Assembly: GCA_030265395.1 (NCBI GenBank)
Contig: JARFYF010000068.1
Span: 6,356,634-6,420,633 of the forward strand
Direction: 5' to 3'
Source of the DNA: Rhina ancylostomus
Taxonomy: Eukaryota
DNA length: 64,000 nt
Part shown: piece by piece, positions 23,221-37,083 of the stretch
Layout: each line of letters starts with the position of its first letter
Position numbering within the stretch: the first letter of the stretch is position 1
Program-made: the position numbers and the translations under genes
The notes under the pieces: model-generated
Told to the model about the DNA's origin: nothing
Databases searched by the model: none
What the model saw: only the letters and a program-made list of their open reading frames with translations

Positions 23221-25950
23221 CTGAAAAAAAGTTGTGTTATTGCAATACACTGTAGCATGTTCCCAATGTCTAACTGTGCATATTTCCAGTTTAGTCATAT
23301 TCCTTCCAGCTTCTACCCTGCTCATAGTGCCCTGAAACGGCTGGCTAACATTAAAATCGGAGTCATGTGAACCCTCTGAATTAGCTTTATACTGATCTTC
23401 TCTATCCGTAATTTATATGCAGCTTGATCTTTTATTCCATCCCTGCCATTTCTGGCATATTCTTTTTCTCCAGTAGTCAGTTTCACATGGTCGAATCAAT
23501 TAATATGGGAATAAGACAAAACTGACCATGTAATATGGTGTAGGCATTCAGCTATACAATTTATTCACTACCTGATTTTATTTTTCAGATTACTAATTGC
23601 CCCTTGCGCTGGAAGGAAGCATTGGTGTCACGTCCAGGTGCAATAAACGAGCCTACCATTGAGCTATGTGAGTTTTTTCTGATTACACAAGCTTTTGCTT
23701 CTTTTTCCAAATTGCGCATGAACAGGATCACAAATCTGGTAGAGCGTGATTTCTTGATTATTGCAGGAATCCGATTTACAGTTCTACTGTGTCTAGCGGG
23801 ACAGAAATTGAGTTGTTTTGCACTCTGAGTCTATAATGCATTTTATCCTCTGTCCCATATAATGGACAGCAAAATGACTATCGATTAATTACTGGGAAAT
23901 AAAAAGCAGACATTTGTGAAAGAGATAGGGCAGTTGTGATATGCCATTTTCAGATAGTGAGAAGCATACGCCAGAACAGGGAATAAAAATATGAGAGGCA
24001 GGTGTTTAACAGAACACAAACTGTACACTCACCAGTTTCTTTTCCACATTGATTTTCAGGGAAGAAAAAGAACATTTGTGTTAGGACAGAAAGAGGAGCC
24101 TTCTTAATTATTGTAAGGTCAAATCTTGGAGTGCAATGCTTTCAGTTACATGCTATTGCCGATCATTAGGTTCTGGTTTCCGATGTGTGAATTCTCCTAG
24201 TTTATGTTTTGCACTTAAGGTTCAGAACTTCCCACTTGCTGCCAAGGTCAAAGTAAAAAATATAATTGGTCAAATGGATTGGGCAGAACAATGTCGGTCC
24301 AGCAATTTATATTCGTTTCGGGATATAAATAAAACAACGTTATATCTGTGTATTAAAGAGAACGTAATTGTGGTTTAGAAAGTTGCAAAACTACGAACAA
24401 ATAGCGCTTAGAGGAAAAAAGCACAACGCATGGGCTGTAGTTCTGCAAAATTAGTCCAAACTTCTTAACCAGGTATATTTCACCAAACTGCATTAATCTG
24501 TCACTCTGTTTCATTTAGGCAGTAAGTTTGGAATATGAAGAGTCTCTGAAAGACAGTTTCTGCAGGTAGTTTTGCACATTGTAGCCATTGTGCATCAGTG
24601 GAGGTCGAGGTTAAATCTTAAAGTGTTGGATTGCGTGTGGATAAAGGGCTTATTTGCTTAAAAATGCCCTTGGACACATTGCGGTGTGCAGAGTGTGCAA
24701 GACCGACCTTCAGATTGCACATTTTCGAAATATTTTATGTCTTGCTCCGAGTCAATTATTGCCCACAATGCGAAGTTAACGCAGCCGAAGATGTACTGAT
24801 GTTAGACTTAATATAGGAATCAGTTACTCTCCCTCTGTAGGTGGGTCTTGCTCGAGGCCAATGTAATCTATCAGCCTCATCTTCAGTGAACTTTATTTGA
24901 TGTTGCATGCACAAATAGTTTGGAGCGGGCACGTGTGGCACTCACTGTCCATGCAGAATTTGTCAATACATATGTGAACTTTCCTTTTCAAATTCTTGAT
25001 CATTGTAGTTGGATTTCGGCCGTTTGGCTGGAAATGCTGTATGCAGGAATGTATGATATATTGGCGTTTATACAGTTTCTAAAATTGAATATCATCAACA
25101 TTGTTTCTAAAATCACGTGCATAATATGGAACAGGAAGGTGTTTTTGTGGTTGTAAAGACATAGGAGGAGGATAAAAATTCTCTGGTCGGTTCATCGTGG
25201 TGGTTATCACAGAACAAATACCACTTTGCATTTGGCCGTAGTGTGCTGTGTTTTACCGTAAGCGTATTACACATTTTTCTGCATCTGCATTAAATTAAAA
25301 TTGGAACCTTCGTTTGATGGTAATACAGGAATGAGAAATACGCCGGACCATTATTTAATCGCTCAAGTTAGAGTTTTACCCTGTTGCTCATAATCAGATA
25401 TAATTAGCTGGAATTACGGGGCATACCTGAAACGTGCCATTGCATGGATATGTCACAATTTTGCTTTATCAATGTGCTGTAATGATCTCCCAGTTTTGGA
25501 ACCTATTCAAAGGTTACCCAGGAGTATTTTTGGACAAGATTGTTTACATTTGTTTATTATCACAGAAAAGATAAAAATTATAATTACGCAAATATATTAT
25601 TCGATTGGGAATAGGACATGAAACCGAAAATATATTTACTTTTCTGTGCAAGTTTCGTTCTGTCGTCCAAAAGTATGTGACGCTTTCTGATAAGGCGAAC
25701 TTGGATTGTACAGAATGCCTTGATAAACCACGTGTTAGATTAGTTGAGAGACAGTAACATGAATGTGAGTTTGATTATAGAATAAGCCCCTTGACTTCAT
25801 GTTGTCTCATCGCTAACATGATCTGGAATGCAGACCCATTAAAGTAACCACTGTCACATCTTCTGAGATGGGTTTCCACCTCTTATATTTAATGAGATTC
25901 TGGACATACAGTATGGTCGGTTCCAACAATTGAGCAATATTTTATCTTAC

Positions 25951-25986
25951 CATTTTCTTGCAAAGTAGTTTTAAGTGCCATAATTT
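25951..25986 (-). CDS. Micro-exon 36 nt: EIMALKTTLQEN
   Basis: ctgcttccag|AAATTATGGCACTTAAAACTACTTTGCAAGAAAATG|gtaaga. Confidence 0.8.
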
Positions 25987-26529
25987 CTGGAAGCAGATGT
26001 CAATCAGACTCTATTTTAGCCTGAAGGATATATTTCACATACAACTGGCATAAGTATATTTTAATCATGGAGGAAATGAACCTAAATATGTATTTGGCTT
26101 CGTTCTTTCCAACTGATGCATTTGCAATCACTGGCATTTTTTTGCTGTTGTCGTCACACAGTTTATGAGGGAACTAGTTAAGAAAGCGCCGCAAGTACAA
26201 ACTGAGGTGGAAACAATATCTTCAAAGCGGCCTGTGTAGAATAATGAAAAATAAAGGGCCGGATACGCTCGATACGTCATCCCCCTCCGACCCGATTAAA
26301 CCATGATCAGTACGTTTGAGCTTACTTTTTCCGCCTCACTGGAGCAGAGGTCGAAGGGTGGGAGACGGTGTGAAGGGGCTGGGAGACGCAGCTGCCGCAT
26401 AAACAGTGACCATGTCCTCGGCGGCACATCCTGTAAATGTTCCACTGGACCGCTCTGATGGCCTTTTAGCAGCTTATTGCCACTATGTCCCTATCTGTTG
26501 TTTGTAAATATCCTTGACAATGAAAGACA

Positions 26530-27070
26530 CGATAGAGCTGCTCCTTCACAGCTTCAGACACCTGGGTTTAATCCTGACTTCTGGTGTTGTTGGTGCGGAG
26601 TTTTCACATTCTCCCTGTGACCGTGTGACCATGAAACATGCTCCTGTTTCCTCACAAGTCTCCAAGACGCGCGAGTGGTGGGTTAATTGGCCATTTAAAA
26701 TTGACCCTCATGTGCCGGTAAGTGGTAGAGTCTGCCCCGAGTTAATTAGAACGATGGGAGAATCGCTTGTGGGAAAAACAGCTCAGTTTTGTAGCAGTTT
26801 GCACTGCGGCTTCACAGCGCCACACAGCCTCAGTTGATCCCAACCTTGGCAGTTGTCTGTGTGGAGTTTCCCGCTCTGACCGCATGTGTATCTCCAGGTG
26901 CTGAAGTTCCCTCCCACATGCCAAAGACCTTCTGGTTGGATAAGTGCCTTCTCCAAGTTTGCGGTAGGACATTGGGGGGTTGATGGGGATTAGAGAAGGA
27001 GAATGGGATTCGGTATTTGATGGTCAGTGTGGACGCGGTTGGACAACAGTCTTGTTTCCTTGTGCATAAC
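26530..27070 (+). mobile_element. Two adjacent degraded V-SINE copies
   Basis: Two CTGC(T/G)(C/G)CTTCACAGC...GGAGTTT...CACA...CCAA(A)GAC cores at about 26538-26700 and 26805-27060. Confidence 0.65.
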
Positions 27071-27086
27071 GCACTGACGTATTTAC

Positions 27087-27113
27087 CTGCTTCTTTTGCG
27101 CGGGATTGCTTTT
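27087..27113 (-). CDS. Micro-exon 27 nt: KKQSRAKEA
   Basis: ttttccttacag|AAAAGCAATCCCGCGCAAAAGAAGCAG|gtaaat; diverged EEQLKEKDA class. Confidence 0.75.
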
Positions 27114-28773
27114 CTGTAAGGAAAATATATGTTTGAAAAGCACATAGTCGATGGAAAGGAAAATGCTCATAGTTCTGGACATTATCTGATCGTCATGCCA
27201 AACAATTTCCAGGAAAATACCCACGCCTGGCTGTCGTTTGCAGAGAGGTTCCCCGACCCGGTGCAGTTGCCAGCTGTTTGTCAGGGACTTCCGCATTTGA
27301 CATTTATCTTTGCCCCTGGGTTCAGCGACGGCGTTCTTTAAGTTTCTGACCTCGTATGCCAGATACACTGCTCACCGTCTCCTCACTTTCAGCCCATTAG
27401 TTATCATCCAGCGCAGCCCCATTCATTCAAATGATCGCTGGTCTTCATTCAAAGATCTAATTTGCAAAGTTCTTTTATTTAGTTGCAGCATGTATTTCCA
27501 TTTGACTTTTAAATATGTTTATAATGTCTTCAGTGATTTTATTCGTTTAAAAAACAGTGTCTAATTGTCTTTGTTAGAAACACGAAGACCGGAAAAAGAA
27601 CCTTTCGTTCAACGTTCATTGCATTAGTTCCTTTCTGCTTTGACATAGTCGCTGTTCATGACCGGCTGCAATTTCTAGAACTGGGTGACGTAGGCATTGG
27701 ATTGGACACCCGGTAGACTTTAAAATTCGTGCAATCTTAAGATGGGAGCCGGGTTCAGCATTTAACATGGGAAGCCCTGCATAGATTTAAGAATACCATA
27801 TCATTGATTGAGCTTCATCTCTTTGAAATATCCGTCAGACAAATGGATGGGAGAGAGAAAGCATTGAAACAGAAACCAGCCGAAGCAAGCACTCGCGGAT
27901 CAACTGTTCAACTTAATCTGCATTGGATTCAACGGAGCGCAATGAAGAATGGTCAGGCACCACGTTACGCGTCGACTTCTCTCAAGGTGAATTGCATTGA
28001 TGATGTGACCGCCTTTGTCATATACAGTTATGGTAGCCTTCTGTCACACCGTTCTGCGCATCAGCAGCAATGTTTCCGCGCCGCCTGGCTTTTTTTTGTG
28101 TGGTGGTAGCGCTGGTGCTAGTTTTTGCGGGCAGGGCGGCGGGCGTGGTTGCGTGATTGGAGGGTGTGCAGATGTTGGAGTCAATGTTCGTCTACTGGTT
28201 ATTTTAGTTGACTGTTATACGAGAATATTTCAATCAATGATCCAAAGAAATCAATTTACTACTTTTGTAGTTAAGGGAATTTATTTCCATTCAAGTAAAT
28301 ACAGAAAGAATTTAAATATAGCGCTTGTAATGATATGAATGACAATACCAGACTGATACAAAATCCGATTTAGTTAACTGATGCCCTTAGGGAATAAATT
28401 CTGCCTCCCCACACGCCCACTCTGTGTAATGTCTGACCGACGACAAAGTGGTTGTTTCTTCATCATGCTCCAAAAATGTTCAACAACCAACATCCTGGAT
28501 TAAATCTAATTTGCGTTGCTGAAGTATTTTAACATAAAAACACGAGCCCAGAATTTGGTTCATTGTCGACTTCCCAGGAGCAAGTAGGAATGGAACATGA
28601 ACGTCGAACTTGTCAGCTACAGAGCGTGAATAACAAATAAAAACTTTCCTTTCTCTGGAAGCTGTGTCATGTTAAAGGCAACACAATTTGCAGCTAACCT
28701 CGACGTTCAATTTGAATAAAATATCAACAATGTTACACCTCTGTTGCAATTTACCGATAATGGCATTACTTAC

Positions 28774-28800
28774 TGCAGAGCTCACGATAGTCATCAATTT
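28774..28800 (-). CDS. Micro-exon 27 nt: EIDDYRELC
   Basis: ccccttctctctgcattccag|AAATTGATGACTATCGTGAGCTCTGCA|gtaagt. Confidence 0.8.
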
Positions 28801-31591
28801 CTGGAATGCAGAGAGAAGGGGAGACAGAACCGAAGCGATGACAAAGACATTTCATATGAAACAAAATGAAATTAATTGACAACAGTAATAAAACAACCGA
28901 ATGAGATCGTTCATGTTTTGTTTATATTACATAAACTTTCCTTTGGAGCCACTTAAACAACCAAAGGAAGCACTGTGGTCAGTAAAAGCTTCCTGGTAGA
29001 TTTAGCAGTGATTCTGTCTCAATTATTAGTTTCTGTAGGCAAGACGTTTTCCCTTTGAACATTACTACTGGATATGATTCTATCGGTCTTTCAGGGTCAC
29101 AACAATATGCCATTTTCACTGATGTTTTTCCAGGTCCCAACGTCCCCCTTTCCAGAATCCGTCATCTGGTCACTGGCATTTCTACGACTGGAGCAATTCT
29201 ACTAAACGTCCCGCGAATTCCGTTGCAGCAACAATTACAAACTGGCTTCTTCATAAACGAATGCTGTTTGCTACCCAGTGTTGCTTTGGAATCATTTTGT
29301 TAAGTAAGTGCAAAGTTATTTCTCAATCAACTTTTCTTCACCTATAATAGCAAAATTCGCACCCAAGTTCTCGATACTTTGGATTCTTATCAAATTCTGA
29401 TGTTGACTTTGAAACCTTCACTGCACCAACTCTCGACATGTTGATAGCTATTTAGTTCTATCACCCCATCAGACTTTAACTTGCCTTCACAAACAATTTC
29501 AAAAAAGGGATTTTAAATTCCAAAGCCTTTCTTGAAAGCAGGTTTCCGTATTGCCAGTAACACCGTTTCATTTGAAGGTTTGCTCTTCATCAACCTGATA
29601 TACTGGAATGTGCATACACATCCATACCTATTAAACTGACATCTTTTCTGCTGTGAGTTCATACATCCTATTTCTGAACGATTTATAGAGTTACTAATTA
29701 GAATTATTTTATCCTTCTCACTACGGCCACTCTGCAAGTTGGTTTCTTCTCCCCGTTGTTCAATATACATCAAATTTAGAAACCAATTCAACTTAAATGT
29801 TCGCCCACAGCATGTTCACTTTCCCATTAAGATACAGTCTTAGTCCTACTGCTTGAGTTGCTTAAATATACCATTTCTTGCTCGGAGCTCGACCAAAGTG
29901 ATGCTCTCTTGTGCCACTTCTTCACTCACGCGTTAAGATGTTTTATCGCACATTTTCTGAAATCCAGGTGTGGCAGGAATAAACGTTGATACATTCCCAT
30001 GCTTGCACATTTGTTACTCATTTATCACTCGACCTGGGAAACTGAGTACGGAACACTAATTGTTTTTCTGATAGCGTCATTGATTACCACACCGAGTCGC
30101 GTTGAAAAGCACACTTTTTTTCTGTATAATATTTCATTTATTTTGTCATTTGCACCATGGAAACAACAGAAGCAGAGGAAGCCACGTCGGTAATTTCAGA
30201 AAGGCTCAACTAATGTGGCCTGAGAATCTCATATGTAGGAAACCTACGTATAAATAGCTGATAGGTTGTGGTTACCTCTGCCAAATAGCAGTGCACTTTG
30301 CACATTATTATGGAAGGGTGAAGGTGACCAAATCATGGTAATAGTGCAAAGTAACTGATTGTGCATACGTATAGTTCTGATCGTGTCTTTTACACCTTAG
30401 TTACGTTAACTTTTTCGAGCAGGGATGCACCTTGCAATTGATTTCAAAACAAAAACGACGAAGTTATTCTCTTTTGACATGATTGCAAAACAGATCATAA
30501 GGTTATACGAAGTTGAAGCAGATTATTAGTAAGTAGGCATTTTGCATCTTCTCTGTCATCCAATAAAGTCCAGGCTGAACTTTCAACTCCTGCACTAACC
30601 CCGAATTTCATGTTTCCCTGAACAGAAAAATAAATCTAACGATTTATCTTGAATATGTTCAGTAACTGGGTCTCTGGAATGATCAGGATAGTAAATTCCA
30701 GAGATTCACTATCTCTCCGGGGAAACCATTTCTTTACATCTGTCGGTAATGGCCGAACGCTTGGTTTGAGACTGTGACTTCTAATTGGAGGCAACCAGCT
30801 CCGTATGTTTCAATGTGTTCGCATTCTTCCTTATATAAGCGGGCAGGCACGGGAGTGTAGNNNNNNNNNNNNNNNNNNNNNNNNNNNNNNNNNNNNNNNN
30901 NNNNNNNNNNNNNNNNNNNNNNNNNNNNNNNNNNNNNNNNNNNNNNNNNNNNNNNNNNNNNNNNNNNNNNNNNNNNNNNNNNNNNNNNNNNNNNNNNNNN
31001 NNNNNNNNNNNNNNNNNNNNNNNNNNNNNNNNNNNNNNNNNNNNNNNNNNNNNNNNNNNNNNNNNNNNNNNNNNNNNNNNNNNNNNNNNNNNNNNNNNNN
31101 NNNNNNNNNNNNNNNNNNNNNNNNNNNNNNNNNNNNNNNNNNNNNNNNNNNNNNNNNNNNNNNNNNNNNNNNNNNNNNNNNNNNNNNNNNNNNNNNNNNN
31201 NNNNNNNNNNNNNNNNNNNNNNNNNNNNNNNNNNNNNNNNNNNNNNNNNNNNNNNNNNNNNNNNNNNNNNNNNNNNNNNNNNNNNNNNNTCTTTAAGTGA
31301 TCCGTGTGTATGAATGCAGCGGTCACTTTCAATTGTAATCGCTTTCAATAATTCGCTGCTTAAAGAATATTCTTGTTTTGCTCGGTTTAACCAGAGGGAG
31401 TGACCTCACATTTTTCCTCATTATATTCCATCTGCCACATGCTTACTATGAATGGAGTCTGCGTGTATTTCACATACTCTGCACAGCAGCATACTGACAC
31501 CTGGCTGTCGCTACTACTCAAAAGTTTTCTAGCACATTATGGCAAAAGAGGAGTCAATGCTTTTTTAAATTTTTAATTATTGGCTGCTCAC

Positions 31592-31618
31592 CTTCCTCTT
31601 TTTCTTTCAGCTGTTCTT
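31592..31618 (-). CDS. Micro-exon 27 nt: EEQLKEKEE
   Basis: gtctttcag|AAGAACAGCTGAAAGAAAAAGAGGAAG|gtgagc. Confidence 0.85.
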
Positions 31619-32533
31619 CTGAAAGACACAACGCTAACAGCGATTTAATGAGAATAGAACTATGTCTGATTAATGAATGATTTCTTCCTCGTTGACTTTA
31701 CTTCCTTGTTCGAAAAGGTTTCATTTTATTTGAAGATTCAAGGAGATATGTTTTAATACTCCACCTTTCTGATATTGCATACATTAAATGTAGCCTATTA
31801 AGTCTGCGTTTGGGAAATTATATTGGGAAATTTGGGAAGATTCAGTTTACTTCTTCAGTACAATGCTCGAAGAATATTCAATATTAGCTACTTGGGGACA
31901 GGGTTCATTCGTTTCCCTGAAAACCAAAGTGAAAACAGTGACTGGACTCGCGGATTATGATGGACTAAAATAACCCAACCAAAGTTTCAATAATGCTGAA
32001 ACTTTGAAGGTGCTTTGCCGAAGAAACCTGCGAAAGGTAGCTCTTCAGGGAAGTTCTGGTGATGAAGGAAAATGGAAAGTGCTGGAATTGCCCAGGTCTT
32101 CCTACATGAATGAAAACATTCCATACTTCCACGCTGTTGGGTGCTGACGGGGAACAATTTATTGTGCTGACAGGGTTATGGCAGATTGCTGGAGTGTCGC
32201 TGTGAAACCGTGAGAACAATTCCTTCCTCAGTAACCGAGGAGATAGCCATGTTGGCATTTAACATTTAGAAATGACGGAGCTTCGTACTTAACCAGGTTT
32301 GTACGGAAAACCGAGACATCATGAGGCAGGGATAGATGTTATTCGTATCGCCTTCATAATCAGAAGTATTTAGCAAACGCACACATAGCAAGAAATGATT
32401 GAAGTCAATGTTGGAAGACAGTCCCATACCGGGGATGTCATATCCTTCAAACTGAATTAACTACATCTGTTTTCACAAAAGGGGTTGTGAATACAACAGC
32501 CAGTTTAATTGAGAGGGTAGGGTGAAATGGTAC

Positions 32534-32571
<38 letters not shown>

Positions 32572-32609
32572 GAGAGAGAGGGAGAGTGTGTGTGAGAGAG
32601 AGAGAGAGG
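32534..32609. repeat. (GA)n/(GT)n compound microsatellite
   Basis: Seen directly. Confidence 0.95.
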
Positions 32610-33055
32610 ATTGTTTAGCTGTTTGTCATTATTAAGTGAAGGTAAGAGGTTTTGTTAAGAAAAGGAAGAGTACAGATCATTATCCGATAACCTATGTGCA
32701 CTGACGAAAATAAAGATGGCCACATGTCTGTTGTTTGATATGACTGTTCATACGGACGATGACTCATAGTCCTAAATCATTACCGTGAAGAAATTCATTG
32801 GAATTTACAAAGATGAATAAGAAACCCTTCATAAAATAGGCAGTCAAAAATAGCTTGCATGTGAAAAATGTGCTCAGGGAGAGTGAAGTTATATGTTTTG
32901 CACAACTTTTTGTTAACAAAATAAATAGGGGCCAGAGGCTTTCTCCACGCCGTTACTTCCAATATTATCCTCGAGGAAGATCATGGTGAACATTAACGCA
33001 CATAAATCCGTTTCATAAATTGATGTGCAATACTTGTTCTCTTCTGTGTTCTGAC

Positions 33056-33091
33056 CTCCATTGCTCAGAAGTTTCTCCAATCGTTTTATTT
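33056..33091 (-). CDS. Micro-exon 36 nt: EIKRLEKLLSNG
   Basis: catttcag|AAATAAAACGATTGGAGAAACTTCTGAGCAATGGAG|gtcaga; paralogue of the 44716 and 55362 exons. Confidence 0.85.
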
Positions 33092-34647
33092 CTGAAATGA
33101 ACCAGGAAACGTTATAATTTAATATATTCAATATTTCTTGATATTTATCTTCTGTTCCCTGCATAGGTTGCTTCGTGCACGAACGTTTATTTCATTTTTC
33201 TTAAAGTTTATTGCCCATGTTATTGTGTGAAAGAGCCCTTCAGCAACTTACTCTTCATCCCTCAGTAGTCACGATATCCCACAGCCATGGAATTTGTCTG
33301 TCCTATGTCTACGCGTAACAAGGCATAAGCTGTACAACTATAGCTATACCAACACAATATGATCAATGGCTTTCTTAATTGGAACTGACGGTATTTCGCA
33401 ATGAAACAAAGAGCTTGTCATATTGACATCAGCTTTCCTGGCAGGGGCCTCATACCAATTATCGCCCCACTCACGTCACCTGCTCTGACCTACCTGATCC
33501 AGACAGGGAAAGCATAATTTACTGCCCTAACTAAATTGACTGACTGCAGAAGCATTTTTATGGAGTCAGGTGCCAGTTATTAATTCAGAACTATCTGTAT
33601 TTTCACGTCTTTGAATGTCCGGCGTTGAAGCTATGTATCTACACCGATTAAAAATACAGTTATCAAGAACAATATCAAGTGTTTTAAAACCTACGACAGC
33701 CGGCAAGTTATCAAGGCTTTCGTGGTTCCTGAGTAGGGGCTTTGCGTCGTTGTCTGGACCCTCTTATCTCTTGAAACAATCTTCGCCTCGTTGGATGTCT
33801 TTGAGTGGAAGGCGTCAGCTGTTGGGTTTCGACATCCATCAGTAGTAAGCGTATTTTGGGTATATCGATCTGCGTTGGAGTGGGGGTTGGGGTGCGGCAC
33901 GTTTGGAACGGCCCAGCCCATTGAAATCAACGGATTTTTGGGCAAAGCACGAAATTCAAGTAGATGTGAGAGCCGATTCTTCAGTGTGACTGGTGGGAAA
34001 TCTCATCAATATTGAACTCTTGATCATGTCAGAAGCGGATCAAATTGAACAGCGCAACATCAACTAGCAATGAGTTCGGGAAATTTGTTTGAGCATATGC
34101 AAGCGCAGATGACGCGGATTTTCTGGCTATTTTCTGGCTTTATATGGATAAATGCTTGCTGCTCTCTCCTGAGCTACATTTATTGGCAAATTTATAGGCT
34201 AATCTATATCATTAATATCCGCTAATTTTACTTCAATTTGCAAAATAACACGTAAAACAAACATTGAGATGGCTTTATCAGCTCGGTGAAGTTTGCCGTT
34301 CTAATTTTTGAAGCACAAGTAAAATAGTAGCAATGAATTCAAATTAGTACCATCAGAATGGGCCGAATAATGAATGAATAATGAGTCTGTTTCTTTGGTG
34401 TTGAAGGAATAGAGTTAACTTATATAATATTCGAGTTCAATCACGTTTTCAGGTGATCAATCTTTTGGTTGCTTTCAGTTTTACAGAAACAATGTGCCCC
34501 AATGCAGTACATATTTCCCTCCTTTACAAATTCCACTGTAACAATATTTTTCTTCCCACTTCTTCTGTTTTATGTTGGATTTCCAGCATTTACAGCTCTT
34601 TTGCTTTTCTCTCCTTTACTGAAGCTGTAGCAAGGATATCCCGTTAC

Positions 34648-34674
34648 CTGCATCCTTTCCTTTCAGTTGATCTT
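34648..34674 (-). CDS. Micro-exon 27 nt: EDQLKGKDA
   Basis: cattgtag|AAGATCAACTGAAAGGAAAGGATGCAG|gtaacg. Confidence 0.85.
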
Positions 34675-35138
34675 CTACAATGTGTAGAACACAAAATGAA
34701 TTAATAGTTTACATGGACGCAGTATCTGCATGATATTAATTTGTAAATGCTCGATTCGCCACTCTTTCCTGAGAACGTGTAGAACTTTCAAACTTGGATG
34801 ATTTTTTTTCATTGAACGTTCAACGACTGGACATTCCGTCTTCAGTTTGTGTATCTCATGCAGAATTATTTCTATAGTTTGTATGCTACTTTTAACGAGG
34901 GCTGCCGATCGGGCCCCTCCCCGATGCTATTTGTTAGAACCCCAGTTCCTTTTCATGTAAATGTTTGTCTTCTACATGCCCATTCTACTGTCCTTTTAAC
35001 AGCAGCTGGATTAATAAACTTCCCTAATAGCAACGTATATATTTTGTTAAATAGAGGATGGAATCATTAAAAATACATTTGCAGTCACTGAAATATTTCA
35101 TGCAGTATTAGGCACAGCTTTCACATATAGTATCCTGC

Positions 35139-35251
35139 CTCTCTCTCCCCCTCTCTAGCCCTCTGGTTCTTTTCTCTCTCTCTCATTCTCCCTCTATTTC
35201 TCTCTCTTTCACAAACACAGATACAGACACACACACACACACACACACACA
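35139..35251. repeat. Imperfect (CT)n followed by (CA)n microsatellite
   Basis: Seen directly. Confidence 0.9.
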
Positions 35252-37056
35252 CGGAATTGTGCGGAATATGTGCCGGAATATGCAGCAGAAAGAAAAGGCA
35301 GATTAAGAAGATTAGCATGGTAGCATGATCACCGAAATCTAAATTAGTATGAAACAGATGCAGCGGCCAATGCGTGGATGATGAACTACTTTGTCCGTGG
35401 TTGTAGTGCACAGGTGGATTTTGAGTTCTGCATGCGTTCTATATAGAACAATTAGCAAGACTGGCAATATTTATCTGACAATATTGCATAATTCTGTTAC
35501 TGTGTGGTATTATCTGCTACTGAAACACTCAGCGATAGCCCCACCACATGCAGATTCAGCTCATTCAATGTTCTTGTCCTCCGCAGATTCCGCGTTCATA
35601 ATCTGATCCAGAACCCCAATGTTCGTAAAAGAACGCCCAACGATCCATGTTCACCGATCAATCTCCGAGGCTAGCGACGGAGCGACGCCTTCCCGCCACT
35701 TCATAATCTCGGATTTTCCTGCATCTGTATCTCCTTCCAGCCCAACAAGCCCCTGGGATTTCCATGTCCCTCCAACAAGATACTAGCGTTTCCTTTCTTT
35801 TCATCAAGCTGGATTTCACCACAAAATTGTGCCGAGATCTTGGACGTCTTCCAAGAATTTTGATGAGGTTGTCAACAACAGGTTCTGAACCTACATTCAG
35901 TTTAACGAGAAAGTCTTGTAACACATTGCATGCATTAAGATCTCTGCGCTACAAACTGGGAAAACCAATTGATTAGACGGTCATTTCAGAAATTTCACAA
36001 TATTCAGCTGTAAACCAGCTTAATGATGTCTTCGATCTCACGATAGGACCCAGGCAGAAAAGGAATCTGATATCATGCGTTCATGTTGCAATTTCGTTAG
36101 ATGAATATTTCAGAAGATAATGGAATATTTGTGAACATTTATTTGAGTGATAAGACAGCTCACAAGTTAGTGACACGCGGATGTTACGTTGGCTATTATA
36201 AAAATATTTTTAAACGAACTCGTTGTTGGCGCTTACTTCACCAACGACAATTTTTTGTTTAATAGGATTGTCTAGTTGCCAGATGCGTTACTATTCTCGC
36301 CACCGGGCGCCAATGATCCAGTTCAGTAAACAGAGTATAAGTAGGTCACGGAACAGGAAGGCTCTTGCCCTGGAGACCTCTGGCTCATTGAGGTATCGGG
36401 TTTTCCATATCAGCGCCAGGTTTTGCCCCGCCGCTCACCACAGATTCCAGCCAGGGTTTGCACATAATTGGCTGTGACCCAAAATCGATGAACAATGAAG
36501 TCTGAAATATCAGCCGTTTCACTCTTCTTCACACTATCTGTATCTCAGACACACTCTAAACGTGTGCCCAAAGCAAAACGTACATTCAACGTGTCTGGAT
36601 TCCGCTCGGAGATAGGCGAAATTGACCTTTTCAGATCCACCAAGCAAGGTGACAGAGGTCCTTTGCTTTATGTTGAAGTGGAGAGATATTCCGATGAGGT
36701 ACATAACCGTGATCCGTCCTGCGGAAAGTCGTACCTACTCGCACGTATATCTACTGAAATACCATTAAACCCTGGAGCCTTCGACGTGGGTTGTGAAACG
36801 TCAGTTCAATAAGAACCTTATTCTGTTCATTTTGAGCAGGTCTTCCAGATAATATACGGCTATATAAGGGGAAATTTAGTTTCTTTTGTCTCTGAGCATA
36901 GCCGCTTGATTTGCAATATTGATGACTANNNNNNNNNGAATATGAGAGTGATACTAGAAAGTACATAATCCACAGTGCCCTTGTTAAAGATAAATCCACT
37001 ACGTCAAACGGATTTTTAGTAACATTATGGTGCAAGGTCTGTATCTTATTGCTCAC

Positions 37057-37083
37057 CACATTGCTCCAGAGCGGATCCTGTAT
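37057..37083 (-). CDS. Micro-exon 27 nt: DTGSALEQC
   Basis: tttctcttgtag|ATACAGGATCCGCTCTGGAGCAATGTG|gtgagc; 'QY' class. Confidence 0.8.

Noticed and set aside
17148-23667. Cytokine-like (FLT3LG/KITLG-type) plus-strand exons near 17148, 19683 and 23589
   Set aside because: Resemblance is superficial; no consistent spliced frame or cysteine pattern.
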